NCBI GenBank assembly: GCA_964244895.1
Contig: CAXTKV010000089.1
Coordinates: 1-19,821 of the forward strand
Direction: 5' to 3'
Source of the DNA: an uncultured Deinococcales bacterium
GTDB lineage: Bacteria; Deinococcota; Deinococci; Deinococcales; JAAFIG01
Length of the DNA stretch: 19,821 nucleotides
Shown: piece by piece, positions 8,700 to 16,228 of the stretch
Layout: each line of letters begins with the position of its first letter
Position numbering within the stretch: position 1 is the stretch's first letter
Notes under the pieces: model-generated
What the model saw: the letters and a program-made list of their open reading frames with translations, nothing else
What the model was told of the DNA's origin: nothing
Database searches by the model: none
Position numbers and translations under genes: made by a program

Positions 8700-8705
8700 A
8701 GCTTA
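8700..8705 (-). promoter_or_regulatory. -10 element (TAAGCT) of acpP-fabF
   Basis: TANNNT hexamer preceded by TGT (extended -10-like TGn), 21 nt upstream of the ATG, with the RBS in between. Confidence 0.55.
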
Positions 8706-8774
8706 ACACACGGGCTTTTACCGGGGAAATCCCGCGTTCAGGTCGTGATTTTGAGCCCGAGTACGAAAACTGGT

Positions 8775-8832
8775 GCGTCCTGGACGGTCTTCTCGAGCGA
8801 TAAACAGACCGTGTAGAACGGTGTTTCTCGGG
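8775..8832. repeat. REP-like palindromic doublet (locus E)
   Basis: CGTCCTGGACG-gtctt-CTCGAG (core 8776-8786) and CGTGTAGAACG-gtgttt-CTCGGG (core 8810-8820). Period 34 bp. Confidence 0.8.
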
Positions 8833-8834
8833 TC

Positions 8835-9965
8835 TCAGCCCGGTTTTTTGACCGTCAAGACTTTGAACCCGCGCTCCCTCGCGACCTCGCGCACCGCACC
8901 GATGCGAGCCATCTCGGGTTCATACGGAAGAAAGTGGTTGGCGACCAACCAGAACTCGCCGCCGGCTGCCAGACGGCGTTCGGCGCAGCGAATGAATTCT
9001 TGGGCCACGTCCAGGATCAGGTCAGCCCCGACGTGAAAGGGCGGGTTGGCGACGATTAAGTCAAATCTGGCGTCGGGCTCGAGCGCGGAATCCACGTCGG
9101 AGTGAAGCACCCTCCCTTCGAGGTCGTTCAGCGTCAGGGTGAGTTGGCTCGATGCAGCCCCGAAAAAATCGTCCTCGAGCATGGTCACGCTCGCGCCTTC
9201 GAGCGCCAGAAATCCGCCGAGCACGCCGTAACCCGCACCGATGTCCAGCGCGCGCCGTCCAGCGCCGTTCGGCAGGTGCTCGAGCAGCAGTTTTGAGGCC
9301 GGGTCGAGCTTGCCGCTCGAGAACGTGCCGGGGAACGCGGCGCAAGAAAGCGTCTGACCCCTGGCTTCGATGCTGAACGGCTCGGTTTTGTGGGTGTAGG
9401 GCGACTCGGAGATGTTGGTCTTCTCGAGCCGTGCGACCCGTAAACCGCGGGTACGCTCGAGAATTTCGCCACCGCCGAATACCGTTCTGGCTTCCTTGAA
9501 ATACCGATCAAAACCGCGATCCTTGTCCCCGACGATCAGGGCGCGCCCTCCGATTCGCGTGTACTCGAGCGCCGTCCACACGAGATGGCGCACGAGATCG
9601 TTGCCGCGATCAGCGGGAAGAATCAGGCACACCAGATCGTTTTTCTCGGCCTCGATCGCGCGCATGTCGTACCAGACGAAGCCGTCGGGCACAGCGCCAG
9701 AACCGATCAAGGCCGCTTCCAAAGCCGTTCTTTCGGCTGCAGACGAATTCGTGGCGACCACGCGATCCAAACCTTTTCGATCCAACTCGAGCGCGAGCGC
9801 ACCACCTCTTCCCGTGATGTCCAATGCCCTCTTCACGCCCTCCAGATCCATGTCCCGCACGACTTCCAGGAGCAATTCCTGCATCGGATCGAGGCCGGGA
9901 TAGCCGCGCATTCCGGGCTTGGTGTAACTGCCATCCTGCAAGCGTTTCAGATCGAAGTAACCCAC
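8835..9965 (-). CDS. rsmC: Class I SAM-dependent methyltransferase, RsmC-like (16S rRNA m2G) with two MTS-type domains
   Basis: Motifs PGTFSSGKLD, LDIGAGYG (motif I), NPPFH (motif IV) and VANHFLPY, plus a degenerate N-terminal domain. GTG start is 6 nt after TACGAT. Confidence 0.8.
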   Translation of the reverse strand: MGYFDLKRLQDGSYTKPGMRGYPGLDPMQELLLEVVRDMDLEGVKRALDITGRGGALALELDRKGLDRVVATNSSAAERTALEAALIGSGAVPDGFVWYDMRAIEAEKNDLVCLILPADRGNDLVRHLVWTALEYTRIGGRALIVGDKDRGFDRYFKEARTVFGGGEILERTRGLRVARLEKTNISESPYTHKTEPFSIEARGQTLSCAAFPGTFSSGKLDPASKLLLEHLPNGAGRRALDIGAGYGVLGGFLALEGASVTMLEDDFFGAASSQLTLTLNDLEGRVLHSDVDSALEPDARFDLIVANPPFHVGADLILDVAQEFIRCAERRLAAGGEFWLVANHFLPYEPEMARIGAVREVARERGFKVLTVKKPG

Positions 9966-9970
9966 GAATC

Positions 9971-10070
9971 CATCGTACCGGACGGTTTCTCAGAATTGAC
10001 GATTTCAGAGAACACCGTCCCAGACGCATTTCTTAGGCATCCTGAGAGGACTGTCCTGGACGGTGTTCCC
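9971..10070. repeat. REP-like palindromic triplet (locus F)
   Basis: Cores at 9974-9984, 10016-10026 and 10052-10062. GAGAACACCGTCCCAGACGCA (10008-10028) is identical to 1214-1234. Confidence 0.8.
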
Positions 10071-10211
10071 AAAATTGTTCCTAAAAGCGGTGTTCGTTAC
10101 ATCTCGAGTCTGAGGTCGGCGACGCGAGGTTCAGAAACTTTAACCCCCTGCCATGTCCCATTCATTTACACCTCCTACCGTGAGACGAAAGACATCACAA
10201 GGAGACTCGAG

Positions 10212-11324
10212 ATGAAGATCAAAGCCCTGTTCACAACGCTGTTCTTGCTGCTCTCGGGCGCACTCGCCCAGATGAGTCCCGACGCGAAAGCGCTCTACGA
10301 TCAGGCGGTGCAACTGCGGGCGCAGGCGCAGAAAACCTACGCCAAGGCCAGCATCGACTTCCCGCTCTGGGCGCAGGCCGCCGACACCGCAGAAAAAGCG
10401 GTCGCCGCTGCCCCCAACGAACGCGAGCCGTTGCGTCTGCGCGCCGAGATCTACACGCAAGTCGGCTTCTGGGCCAAGGCGGAAAGCGCCTGGACGGCCT
10501 TCTTCGCGGTCGCCACGGATTCTGACCCGGCAGCCAGGAACGCCATGAGCGACGTGCAACTGAACCTGGGCTACACCGCTTACCGCCGTGGGGCGCGGGC
10601 GGAAGCGGAAAAGTACTTCACGGCGGCGGTGCAGTCCAACCCGCAAAATCAGAGCGCCTTCGTCTGGAAGGGCCGCACGGCTCTGGAACGCGGTGATGCG
10701 AAGACGGCGGTGCCATTTCTCGAGCAGGCGGTCAGCCTGAAGCCGGACGACAAGGTGGCGCAGTTTGCGCTCCTGGTGGCGCGCAAATCGGCGGCTTACG
10801 GTGCGCCCGCGACCCAGGCGTTCTTCATCGGGTACAGCGCCTATGAACAGGGTCAAAAGGACGTGGCGCTCGATCAGTTCCGCGCGGCGGTGGCGGCAGC
10901 CCCGAACTTCACGGAGGCGCAGCGCTGGCTGGGCCGCACGGCGCTCGAGCAGAACATGGGCGCGGAGGCCGCCAAGGCCTACCAGGCGGTCGTGCAACTC
11001 GAGGGAACCACGCCGGAGAACACGTACAACCTGAACCTGGCGACCGAGATCGCGCAGTTCGGGCGCGAGGCCGTGACCGCCTACCGCGCGGGGTACGACC
11101 AGTACACCAAGGGCGACAAGCCCGGTGCGGTGCAACTGTTCCAGACGGCGGTGGCGGCCAGCCCGACGTACCAGAAAGCCTGGGCGTGGCTGGGTCGCGT
11201 GCGTTTTGAAACCAACGATTTCAAGGGCGCGGCGGACGCCTACGCGCAGGCCGTCAAGCTCGACCCGAACGATAAATCGAGCGCGTACTTCTTGAAGCAA
11301 GCCCAGGCCAAGATCGGGCGTTGA
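10212..11324 (+). CDS. Secreted tetratricopeptide-repeat protein
   Basis: AAGGAG RBS, Sec signal peptide MKIKALFTTLFLLLSGALA-Q and multiple TPR motifs (e.g. AWAWLGRVRFETNDFKGAADAYAQAVKLDP). The upstream part of ORF 9585 is an antisense shadow. Confidence 0.9.
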   Translation: MKIKALFTTLFLLLSGALAQMSPDAKALYDQAVQLRAQAQKTYAKASIDFPLWAQAADTAEKAVAAAPNEREPLRLRAEIYTQVGFWAKAESAWTAFFAVATDSDPAARNAMSDVQLNLGYTAYRRGARAEAEKYFTAAVQSNPQNQSAFVWKGRTALERGDAKTAVPFLEQAVSLKPDDKVAQFALLVARKSAAYGAPATQAFFIGYSAYEQGQKDVALDQFRAAVAAAPNFTEAQRWLGRTALEQNMGAEAAKAYQAVVQLEGTTPENTYNLNLATEIAQFGREAVTAYRAGYDQYTKGDKPGAVQLFQTAVAASPTYQKAWAWLGRVRFETNDFKGAADAYAQAVKLDPNDKSSAYFLKQAQAKIGR

Positions 11325-11341
11325 GCGCACCGGAATTTCGC

Positions 11342-11369
11342 AGGCGTCCCGAACGGGACGCCTTTTTTT
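11342..11369 (+). terminator. Intrinsic terminator
   Basis: AGGCGTCCCG-aa-CGGGACGCCT followed by a T tract. Confidence 0.88.
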
Positions 11370-11385
11370 CCGGGGTAAACGTGGG

Positions 11386-11403
11386 AGCGCCGTCCGGGAC
11401 GCT
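11386..11403. repeat. REP-like unit (locus G)
   Basis: Core CGTCCGGGACG at 11391-11401, between the convergent TPR and patatin genes. A possible degenerate partner lies at about 11422-11432. Confidence 0.6.
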
Positions 11404-11521
11404 ATTGCAATTGCAGGAATCCGCGCGGGATGGTGTGCTCGAATTTCTCCGGGTGCATTCTTTGAGGTTCGTTCTCAGGCTCGAGCCGATTCGTTTTCTC
11501 GGGCTTTCGACTTCCGGGTAT

Positions 11522-12538
11522 TCACGCCTCGAGCGTGTCTCGAATCTTGGAGCGCTGAAACACGCTGCGCCAGTCCAGCGAACGGCGTTTGTCAGACTTG
11601 GATTCGGGCTTGGGGCGGCGCGCCTCGAGTTCCTCCAGGATGGTCGGAATCAACGCCTTGCCGCGCTCGTAACCCGCGTCGAACAGGTCGTGCGCGCGGT
11701 CGTATTCGAAGATGTGCGTGGGCACGTCGTCCGCCACGGCGATCACCAGATCGGCGGACATCAGGCTCGAGCGGCGCAAATGATCCCTGGAGATCGCGGC
11801 GGCGCGCATCATGACTTCCAGCGCGGTCTTGGGTGCGCCCGTCGGCGGGTCGTAACCCACGTCCACGGCCAGCACCAGGTTCGATCCCGGTACCAGGCTG
11901 CGCGCGACCTCGACGGGAACGTTGTCCACAACGTGACCATCGACCAGCAGTTTGCCGCCCAGTTCCACGGGCGGCAGCACGCCCGGAATGGCGCACGAGG
12001 CCAGCACCGCCTCCAGCAAGGAACCCTCGCGCAGCACGACTTTCTCGCCGGAGTGCAAATCCGCCGCGATGAATGCCAGCGGCATCTCGAGCTGCTCGAA
12101 ATGCGCGTCCCCGACCAAAGGCGCGAGGCTGGCGCGCAACGGGTCGAGGCTGACGATGCCGGGCGTCATCAAACCCGAGCGGATCACGCCACCGCCCACC
12201 GCCAGCGTGCGGATGCGGTCGCGCAGGTTTTCGTGGCGGTGATCCTTGAATAAATGCTGCAAATCCGCGTAACCTCTCGAGGCGACCGCCTCGACGAGCC
12301 GATAGAGTTCCGTCCTGGAACGCGCCGACTGCACCCGTCCGAGCGCGTACAGCATGGCCGCGATGGCACCAGAAGACGTTCCTGCGATGGCGTCCACGCG
12401 CACGCCACCGTTCTGCAGGGCGCGCAGCACGCCCAGGTGCGCCGCGCCGCGCACGCCACCGCCGCCGAGCGCGAGCGCGAATTTCACTTCGTCAACCGCC
12501 GCCCCGTTCGGGACTGTCGTACTCGAGTCCCCGTTCAT
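11522..12538 (-). CDS. Patatin-like phospholipase (RssA/NTE family)
   Basis: Oxyanion motif GGGGVRG, nucleophile elbow GTSSG, ASCAIPG and DGH variant of DGG. Start placed at ATG 12538, 6 nt after TACGGT. Confidence 0.92.
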   Translation of the reverse strand: MNGDSSTTVPNGAAVDEVKFALALGGGGVRGAAHLGVLRALQNGGVRVDAIAGTSSGAIAAMLYALGRVQSARSRTELYRLVEAVASRGYADLQHLFKDHRHENLRDRIRTLAVGGGVIRSGLMTPGIVSLDPLRASLAPLVGDAHFEQLEMPLAFIAADLHSGEKVVLREGSLLEAVLASCAIPGVLPPVELGGKLLVDGHVVDNVPVEVARSLVPGSNLVLAVDVGYDPPTGAPKTALEVMMRAAAISRDHLRRSSLMSADLVIAVADDVPTHIFEYDRAHDLFDAGYERGKALIPTILEELEARRPKPESKSDKRRSLDWRSVFQRSKIRDTLEA

Positions 12539-12650
12539 GATCCGACCGTAGCACCGCAAGCTTGATGGTGGATGAAACGCACCTCACAGTTCGTCGTGAA
12601 CGCGTCCGTGAACCCGAACGAGGGTTTCCTCGAGTGTTCGACCAGTGAGC

Positions 12651-12706
12651 GCACCGTCCAGCACGCAGTTTCTGATCTTCAAAAAACACCGTCCAGCACG
12701 ATGTTC
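12651..12706. repeat. REP-like doublet (locus H)
   Basis: Two CGTCCAGCACG cores (12655-12665 and 12690-12700). Period 35 bp. Confidence 0.8.
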
Positions 12707-12921
12707 TAGCCTTTTTCAATCCAGTCGGTATCGTGCTCTAGCCTGTACTCGCCGCGCGTCACGGGCGGTTCCACGTCCACGAACAATTCGTGGCGCAGCT
12801 GCACCCGCACCCACTCGAGTTCGCCCCGCGATTTTTGCTCGCGCTCCTCGAGAAACGCCACGGCCAGGTTGATCGTCTCGAAATGCCCGAGAAGGGCGGT
12901 TTCATCGCTCACCCGGATCAC
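12706..12921 (-). CDS. Hypothetical small protein (71 aa), leaderless
   Basis: GTG start lies exactly 6 nt after TAAGCT (12928-12933). Globular-looking composition; occupies an otherwise empty gap. Confidence 0.6.
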   Translation of the reverse strand: MIRVSDETALLGHFETINLAVAFLEEREQKSRGELEWVRVQLRHELFVDVEPPVTRGEYRLEHDTDWIEKG

Positions 12922-12949
12922 GCACCGAGCTTAGGCCAATCCGGGCCGG

Positions 12950-13002
12950 ATCGTTCCGGGTGCGAATTCTTGCACTCAAGAAACGCCGTCTGGAACGGTT
13001 CT
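12950..13002. repeat. REP-like doublet (locus I, one degenerate unit)
   Basis: CTCAAG-aaacgc-CGTCTGGAACG (core 12987-12997), with degenerate core CGTTCCGGGTG 35 bp earlier and linker TCTTGCACTCAAGA. Confidence 0.65.
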
Positions 13003-13125
13003 CTGGTCGCATCGGGGGACATTCTTCAGCCGCGATCCGGTATCCTCGTCTCGCCCGTGAGACCTTCGGCGCGCTGAGAAACGCGCCCAGCGCGGAGCCT
13101 TCAAGAATCTTTCACGAGGTGAACC

Positions 13126-14037
13126 ATGCGTCGCATCAAACTGATCTCTGTGGTCGGACTCGTTCTGGGTTCGGCGCTCGCCGCCAGCATCACCATCCGC
13201 GATGGCCTGGGCCGCAGCGTAACCGTCAACGCGCCCGTCAAACGCGTGGTCGCGCTCTCGTTGACCGCCACCGAAGTCATGCTCGACATCGGCGTCAGCC
13301 CGATCGGGCGCCCTTTGAGCGCCACCTTCCCGGAGGCCAAAACCAAGTCGATCCAGGAGGTCGGCAGCGCCTACCGTCCCGACATCGAGAAGATCATTGC
13401 GCTCAAACCCGACCTGTTGCTGGGCAGCGTCGGCACGACCGCCGCCCAGGCGCGCACGCTGGCGGCCTTGCCGACGCCGTTGATCGTGACCGCAGATTCC
13501 AGCCTCAAGGATGTCTACGACACCTACGCGCTGGTCGGGCAACTGACCGGGCAGGAGGCGCAGGCCGGCCTCGCGCTGACGCTGCTGCGGAACAAGGTCA
13601 ACCGGATCATCAATCGCATCCCCAAAAACGCCACCAAACCGCGCGTGCTGGCGCTTCTGGCGGCGGGCGGTCAGGCGTTTTCCACGACGGACGAAACCTA
13701 CATCGGCGATTTGATCGAGAAACTCGGCGCGATCAACGTCGCCAAGGGCACGCCCAGCCCCGATCCGCGCCAGCCCGGATTCGTGGTCTTGTCCCTGGAG
13801 CAGATCGTGGCCAGCAACCCCGACGTGGTGCTGGCCTTCCGCCCGCGCACCGCATCAGGAGCCTTCGCGCCTTCACCGTTGACCGCGCTCGAGACGCAAC
13901 CCGCCTGGAAGAACCTTTCCGCCGTCAAATCGGGCCGCGTTCACCTGCTGGACGCCGACCCGTTCGTGACCGCACCGGGGCCGCGCGCGGCGGAATCGCT
14001 CGAGCAACTCGTGCCCTTGCTGTACCCGAAACCCTGA
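13126..14037 (+). CDS. ABC transporter substrate-binding protein, iron-siderophore/cobalamin/heme (helical backbone) family
   Basis: Signal peptide, DGLGRSVTV..PVKRVVAL, VG..PDIEKIIALKPDL, SLEQIVASNPDVV, WKNLSAVKSGRV and PGPR. GAGGTG RBS present. Confidence 0.92.
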   Translation: MRRIKLISVVGLVLGSALAASITIRDGLGRSVTVNAPVKRVVALSLTATEVMLDIGVSPIGRPLSATFPEAKTKSIQEVGSAYRPDIEKIIALKPDLLLGSVGTTAAQARTLAALPTPLIVTADSSLKDVYDTYALVGQLTGQEAQAGLALTLLRNKVNRIINRIPKNATKPRVLALLAAGGQAFSTTDETYIGDLIEKLGAINVAKGTPSPDPRQPGFVVLSLEQIVASNPDVVLAFRPRTASGAFAPSPLTALETQPAWKNLSAVKSGRVHLLDADPFVTAPGPRAAESLEQLVPLLYPKP

Positions 14038-14046
14038 GACCGTCGC

Positions 14047-14133
14047 GGTGAAAGGGAAAAGGAAAAAGTGAGGGTCAAAAGATTTAATCTGTCGTCCGCC
14101 TCGAGATCTTACTTTCACCTTTCCTCTTTCACC
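14047..14133. repeat. Inverted heptamer-repeat tract
   Basis: GGTGAAA-GGGAAAA-GGAAAAA-GTGAG (14047-14072) is imperfectly complementary to CTTAC-TTTCACC-TTTCCTC-TTTCACC (14108-14133). Confidence 0.6.
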
Positions 14134-14196
14134 TGCCCGTATTGGCGTCCCTCGAGCCTTCATCGCGACGCTCTCAAGTGCGAGCGTGAAACCCGT

Positions 14197-14230
14197 CCGG
14201 CTCGAGGATTCTCGCCTCGAGCCGGGTTTT
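14197..14230 (+). terminator. Terminator-like/stabilising hairpin inside ABC operon
   Basis: CCGGCTCGAGG-attctcg-CCTCGAGCCGG followed by GTTTT. Confidence 0.5.
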
Positions 14231-14255
14231 GCGCGGTGAACACGGTATTCTGAGA

Positions 14256-14318
14256 TTTGAGAAGACCGTCTGGAACGGCATTCTTTTAAAACCGAAGAAG
14301 ACCGTTCCAGACGGTCTA
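14256..14318. repeat. REP-like doublet (locus J)
   Basis: TTTGAG-aagac-CGTCTGGAACG (core 14267-14277) and aagac-CGTTCCAGACG-gtct (core 14303-14313). Period 36 bp. Confidence 0.8.
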
Positions 14319-14338
14319 AAGAAATTTTCGAGGCCAGC

Positions 14339-15364
14339 ATGAACCCACCCGACCAGACCGCAGGGCGCAACAACCCCAGAGCCGTCCTGCCGCAGGAGCG
14401 CGCATCGGTGATCGGCTGGTTCGTGGCGCTGGGCGCGCTGCTGGCGCTGGTGATGTTGATCGGCATGATCGTGGGTTCTTACCCGGTCACGCTGCCCAGC
14501 CTGGGCGCGTGGCTTTCCGGTCGCGCCGACGAGACGCTGGGGCAGATTCTGGGACAGGTGCGCCTTCCGCGCATCCTCTTGACCGTGGTGGTCGGTGCGG
14601 CGCTCGGGCTGGCGGGGCCGCTGCTGCAGAGCGCCTTTCGCACGACGCTGGCGGATTCGTATTTGCTGGGGCTGGCGGGCTTCGGCGCGCTGGGCGCGGT
14701 GATCTTTCAGGATCTGGGCTACGGCGGTTTCGGCACGCCGATCCTGGCCAGCTTCGGCGCGCTCGAGGCCGTCTGGTTGGTCGGATTCTTGTCGCGCGAA
14801 GCCTCGAGCGAACGCCGCGCGCTGGTCGGCGTGGCGCTGGCCGCCATCAGCCTGGCGGGGTTGTCGTTGCTGCTGTCATTGTCCGCCAGTCCCTCGAGCG
14901 CCAACGTCATCAGCTGGGTGATCGGCGGGTTCTACGCGCAAGGCTGGCCGCAACTGAGCGCCATGCTGTGGTTGGCGATTCCCGCGATCACTCTGGGCTC
15001 GCTGATGGGGCGCATCGCGAACCTGGTGCAACTCGGGGATGATGTCGCCGAAAACCTGGGATTGAACGCCCGTGGCGCGCGCACCGGGCTGGTGGTGCTG
15101 GCCGCGATCCTGACGGGTGCGGCGGTCGGCACGAGCGGGCTGCTGGGCTTCGTCGGGTTGCTGGCGGCGGGATTGGCGCGCGGCATCTTCGGCACGGATT
15201 ACCGACGCCTGCTGCCCGGAGCCTGCCTGATCGGGGCGGTCGCCGTGGCGCTCAGTGACCTGCTGGGCCGCACGCTCTTCGGGTCGAACGAGATTCCCGC
15301 CGGGGCGTTCACGACCCTGCTGGGCGGGATCTACCTGGCGGTACTGAGTCGGAGGGCGCTGTGA
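14339..15364 (+). CDS. ABC transporter permease, FecCD/BtuC family
   Basis: Multi-TM protein with RLPRILL..VGAALGLAG..LQ, LG..A..LG, GLLGFVGLLA..LAR and EIPAG motifs. Confidence 0.92.
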   Translation: MNPPDQTAGRNNPRAVLPQERASVIGWFVALGALLALVMLIGMIVGSYPVTLPSLGAWLSGRADETLGQILGQVRLPRILLTVVVGAALGLAGPLLQSAFRTTLADSYLLGLAGFGALGAVIFQDLGYGGFGTPILASFGALEAVWLVGFLSREASSERRALVGVALAAISLAGLSLLLSLSASPSSANVISWVIGGFYAQGWPQLSAMLWLAIPAITLGSLMGRIANLVQLGDDVAENLGLNARGARTGLVVLAAILTGAAVGTSGLLGFVGLLAAGLARGIFGTDYRRLLPGACLIGAVAVALSDLLGRTLFGSNEIPAGAFTTLLGGIYLAVLSRRAL

Positions 15365-16161
15365 ACGGGTCAGATGTTGGGGGTCAATACGCAGAGGGAA
15401 CCCCGGTGCTCGAGGCTCACGAACTCCGGCTGCGGCGCGGAAATCGGGTGGTACTCGAGGAGGTCACGCTCGGGCTGAGATCGGGCGAATTGACCGCGAT
15501 CATCGGGCCGAACGGGTCGGGGAAAAGTACGCTCCTGGCGGCGCTGGCGGGTCTACGACCGATCGAGCAGGGCGCGGGAAGCTTGAGGCTCGAGGGAAAG
15601 GGAATGGCGGAGTTCAGCAAGCGCGCCGTGTCCAGGCGCATCGCGTTCCTGCCCGCGTCATCCAGCGTGCCGTTCCCGCTGACGGTCGCAGAGTTGATCG
15701 ATCAGGCCGAACCCAAATTGGACGCGCGGCTCGAGGCGATTCGCGCGATGGAACTCGAGTCCCTGGAATTCGTGCCGCTCACGAGGTTATCCACCGGCGA
15801 GGCCAAACGCGCCTGGATCGCCATGACGCTCGCGCGGCGCACGCCGATCTTGCTGTTAGACGAACCGCTCTCCGGCCTCGACCCGCGCTACCAGATGCGC
15901 TTGCTCGAGACGCTCAGCGCGCGCGCCCTGAATGGCGCGAGCATCGCCCTGGTCGCGCACGACCTGCCTTACGCCAGCCGCGTGGATCGCGTGATCGCGC
16001 TCGGGCCAGGTGCGAACGGCATCGGGCGGATCGTGGCGGACGGCCCGCCGCTCACAGTCTTGCGCCCCGAACTTCTGCGCGAGTTGTACGGCGTGGATGT
16101 CTGGATCGGCACGGAACCCGAGACGGGCGCGGTCTTTCCGTTGCCGACCCGCGCGGTCTGA
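15361..16161 (+). CDS. ABC transporter ATP-binding protein (FecE/BtuD-like)
   Basis: Walker A GPNGSGKST, LSTGE signature, ILLLDEP Walker B and AHD. The GTG start overlaps the permease TGA. Confidence 0.92.
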   Translation: MNGSDVGGQYAEGTPVLEAHELRLRRGNRVVLEEVTLGLRSGELTAIIGPNGSGKSTLLAALAGLRPIEQGAGSLRLEGKGMAEFSKRAVSRRIAFLPASSSVPFPLTVAELIDQAEPKLDARLEAIRAMELESLEFVPLTRLSTGEAKRAWIAMTLARRTPILLLDEPLSGLDPRYQMRLLETLSARALNGASIALVAHDLPYASRVDRVIALGPGANGIGRIVADGPPLTVLRPELLRELYGVDVWIGTEPETGAVFPLPTRAV

Positions 16162-16162
16162 A

Positions 16163-16208
16163 CTCGAGAACGTCCAGCACGCGTTTTTAAAAACGCGTGC
16201 TGGACGTT
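16163..16208. repeat. REP-like inverted pair forming a perfect 40-bp palindrome (locus K)
   Basis: CTCGAG followed by AACGTCCAGCACGCGTTTTT|AAAAACGCGTGCTGGACGTT (16169-16208), between convergent genes. Confidence 0.85.
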
Positions 16209-16228
16209 GTTCGCGCGTTGATGAACCG

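Noticed and set aside
9585..10211. 209-aa N-terminal extension of the TPR ORF
   Set aside because: It overlaps rsmC antisense and runs through repeat locus F. The RBS and signal peptide mark ATG 10212 as the start.
12960..13125. Cobalamin or TPP riboswitch upstream of the ABC importer
   Set aside because: No B12-box (GGGAA, GCCACUG) was found. CUGAGA is present but the rest of the TPP consensus is absent.
14068..14253. 61-aa ORF in the ABC spacer
   Set aside because: It is a translation of hairpin and heptamer repeats with no protein-like features.
1211..16208. Repeat doublets interpreted as a CRISPR array
   Set aside because: There are only 1-3 degenerate units per locus, dispersed across the window. 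Linkers are related semi-palindromes rather than unique spacers, and there are no cas genes.
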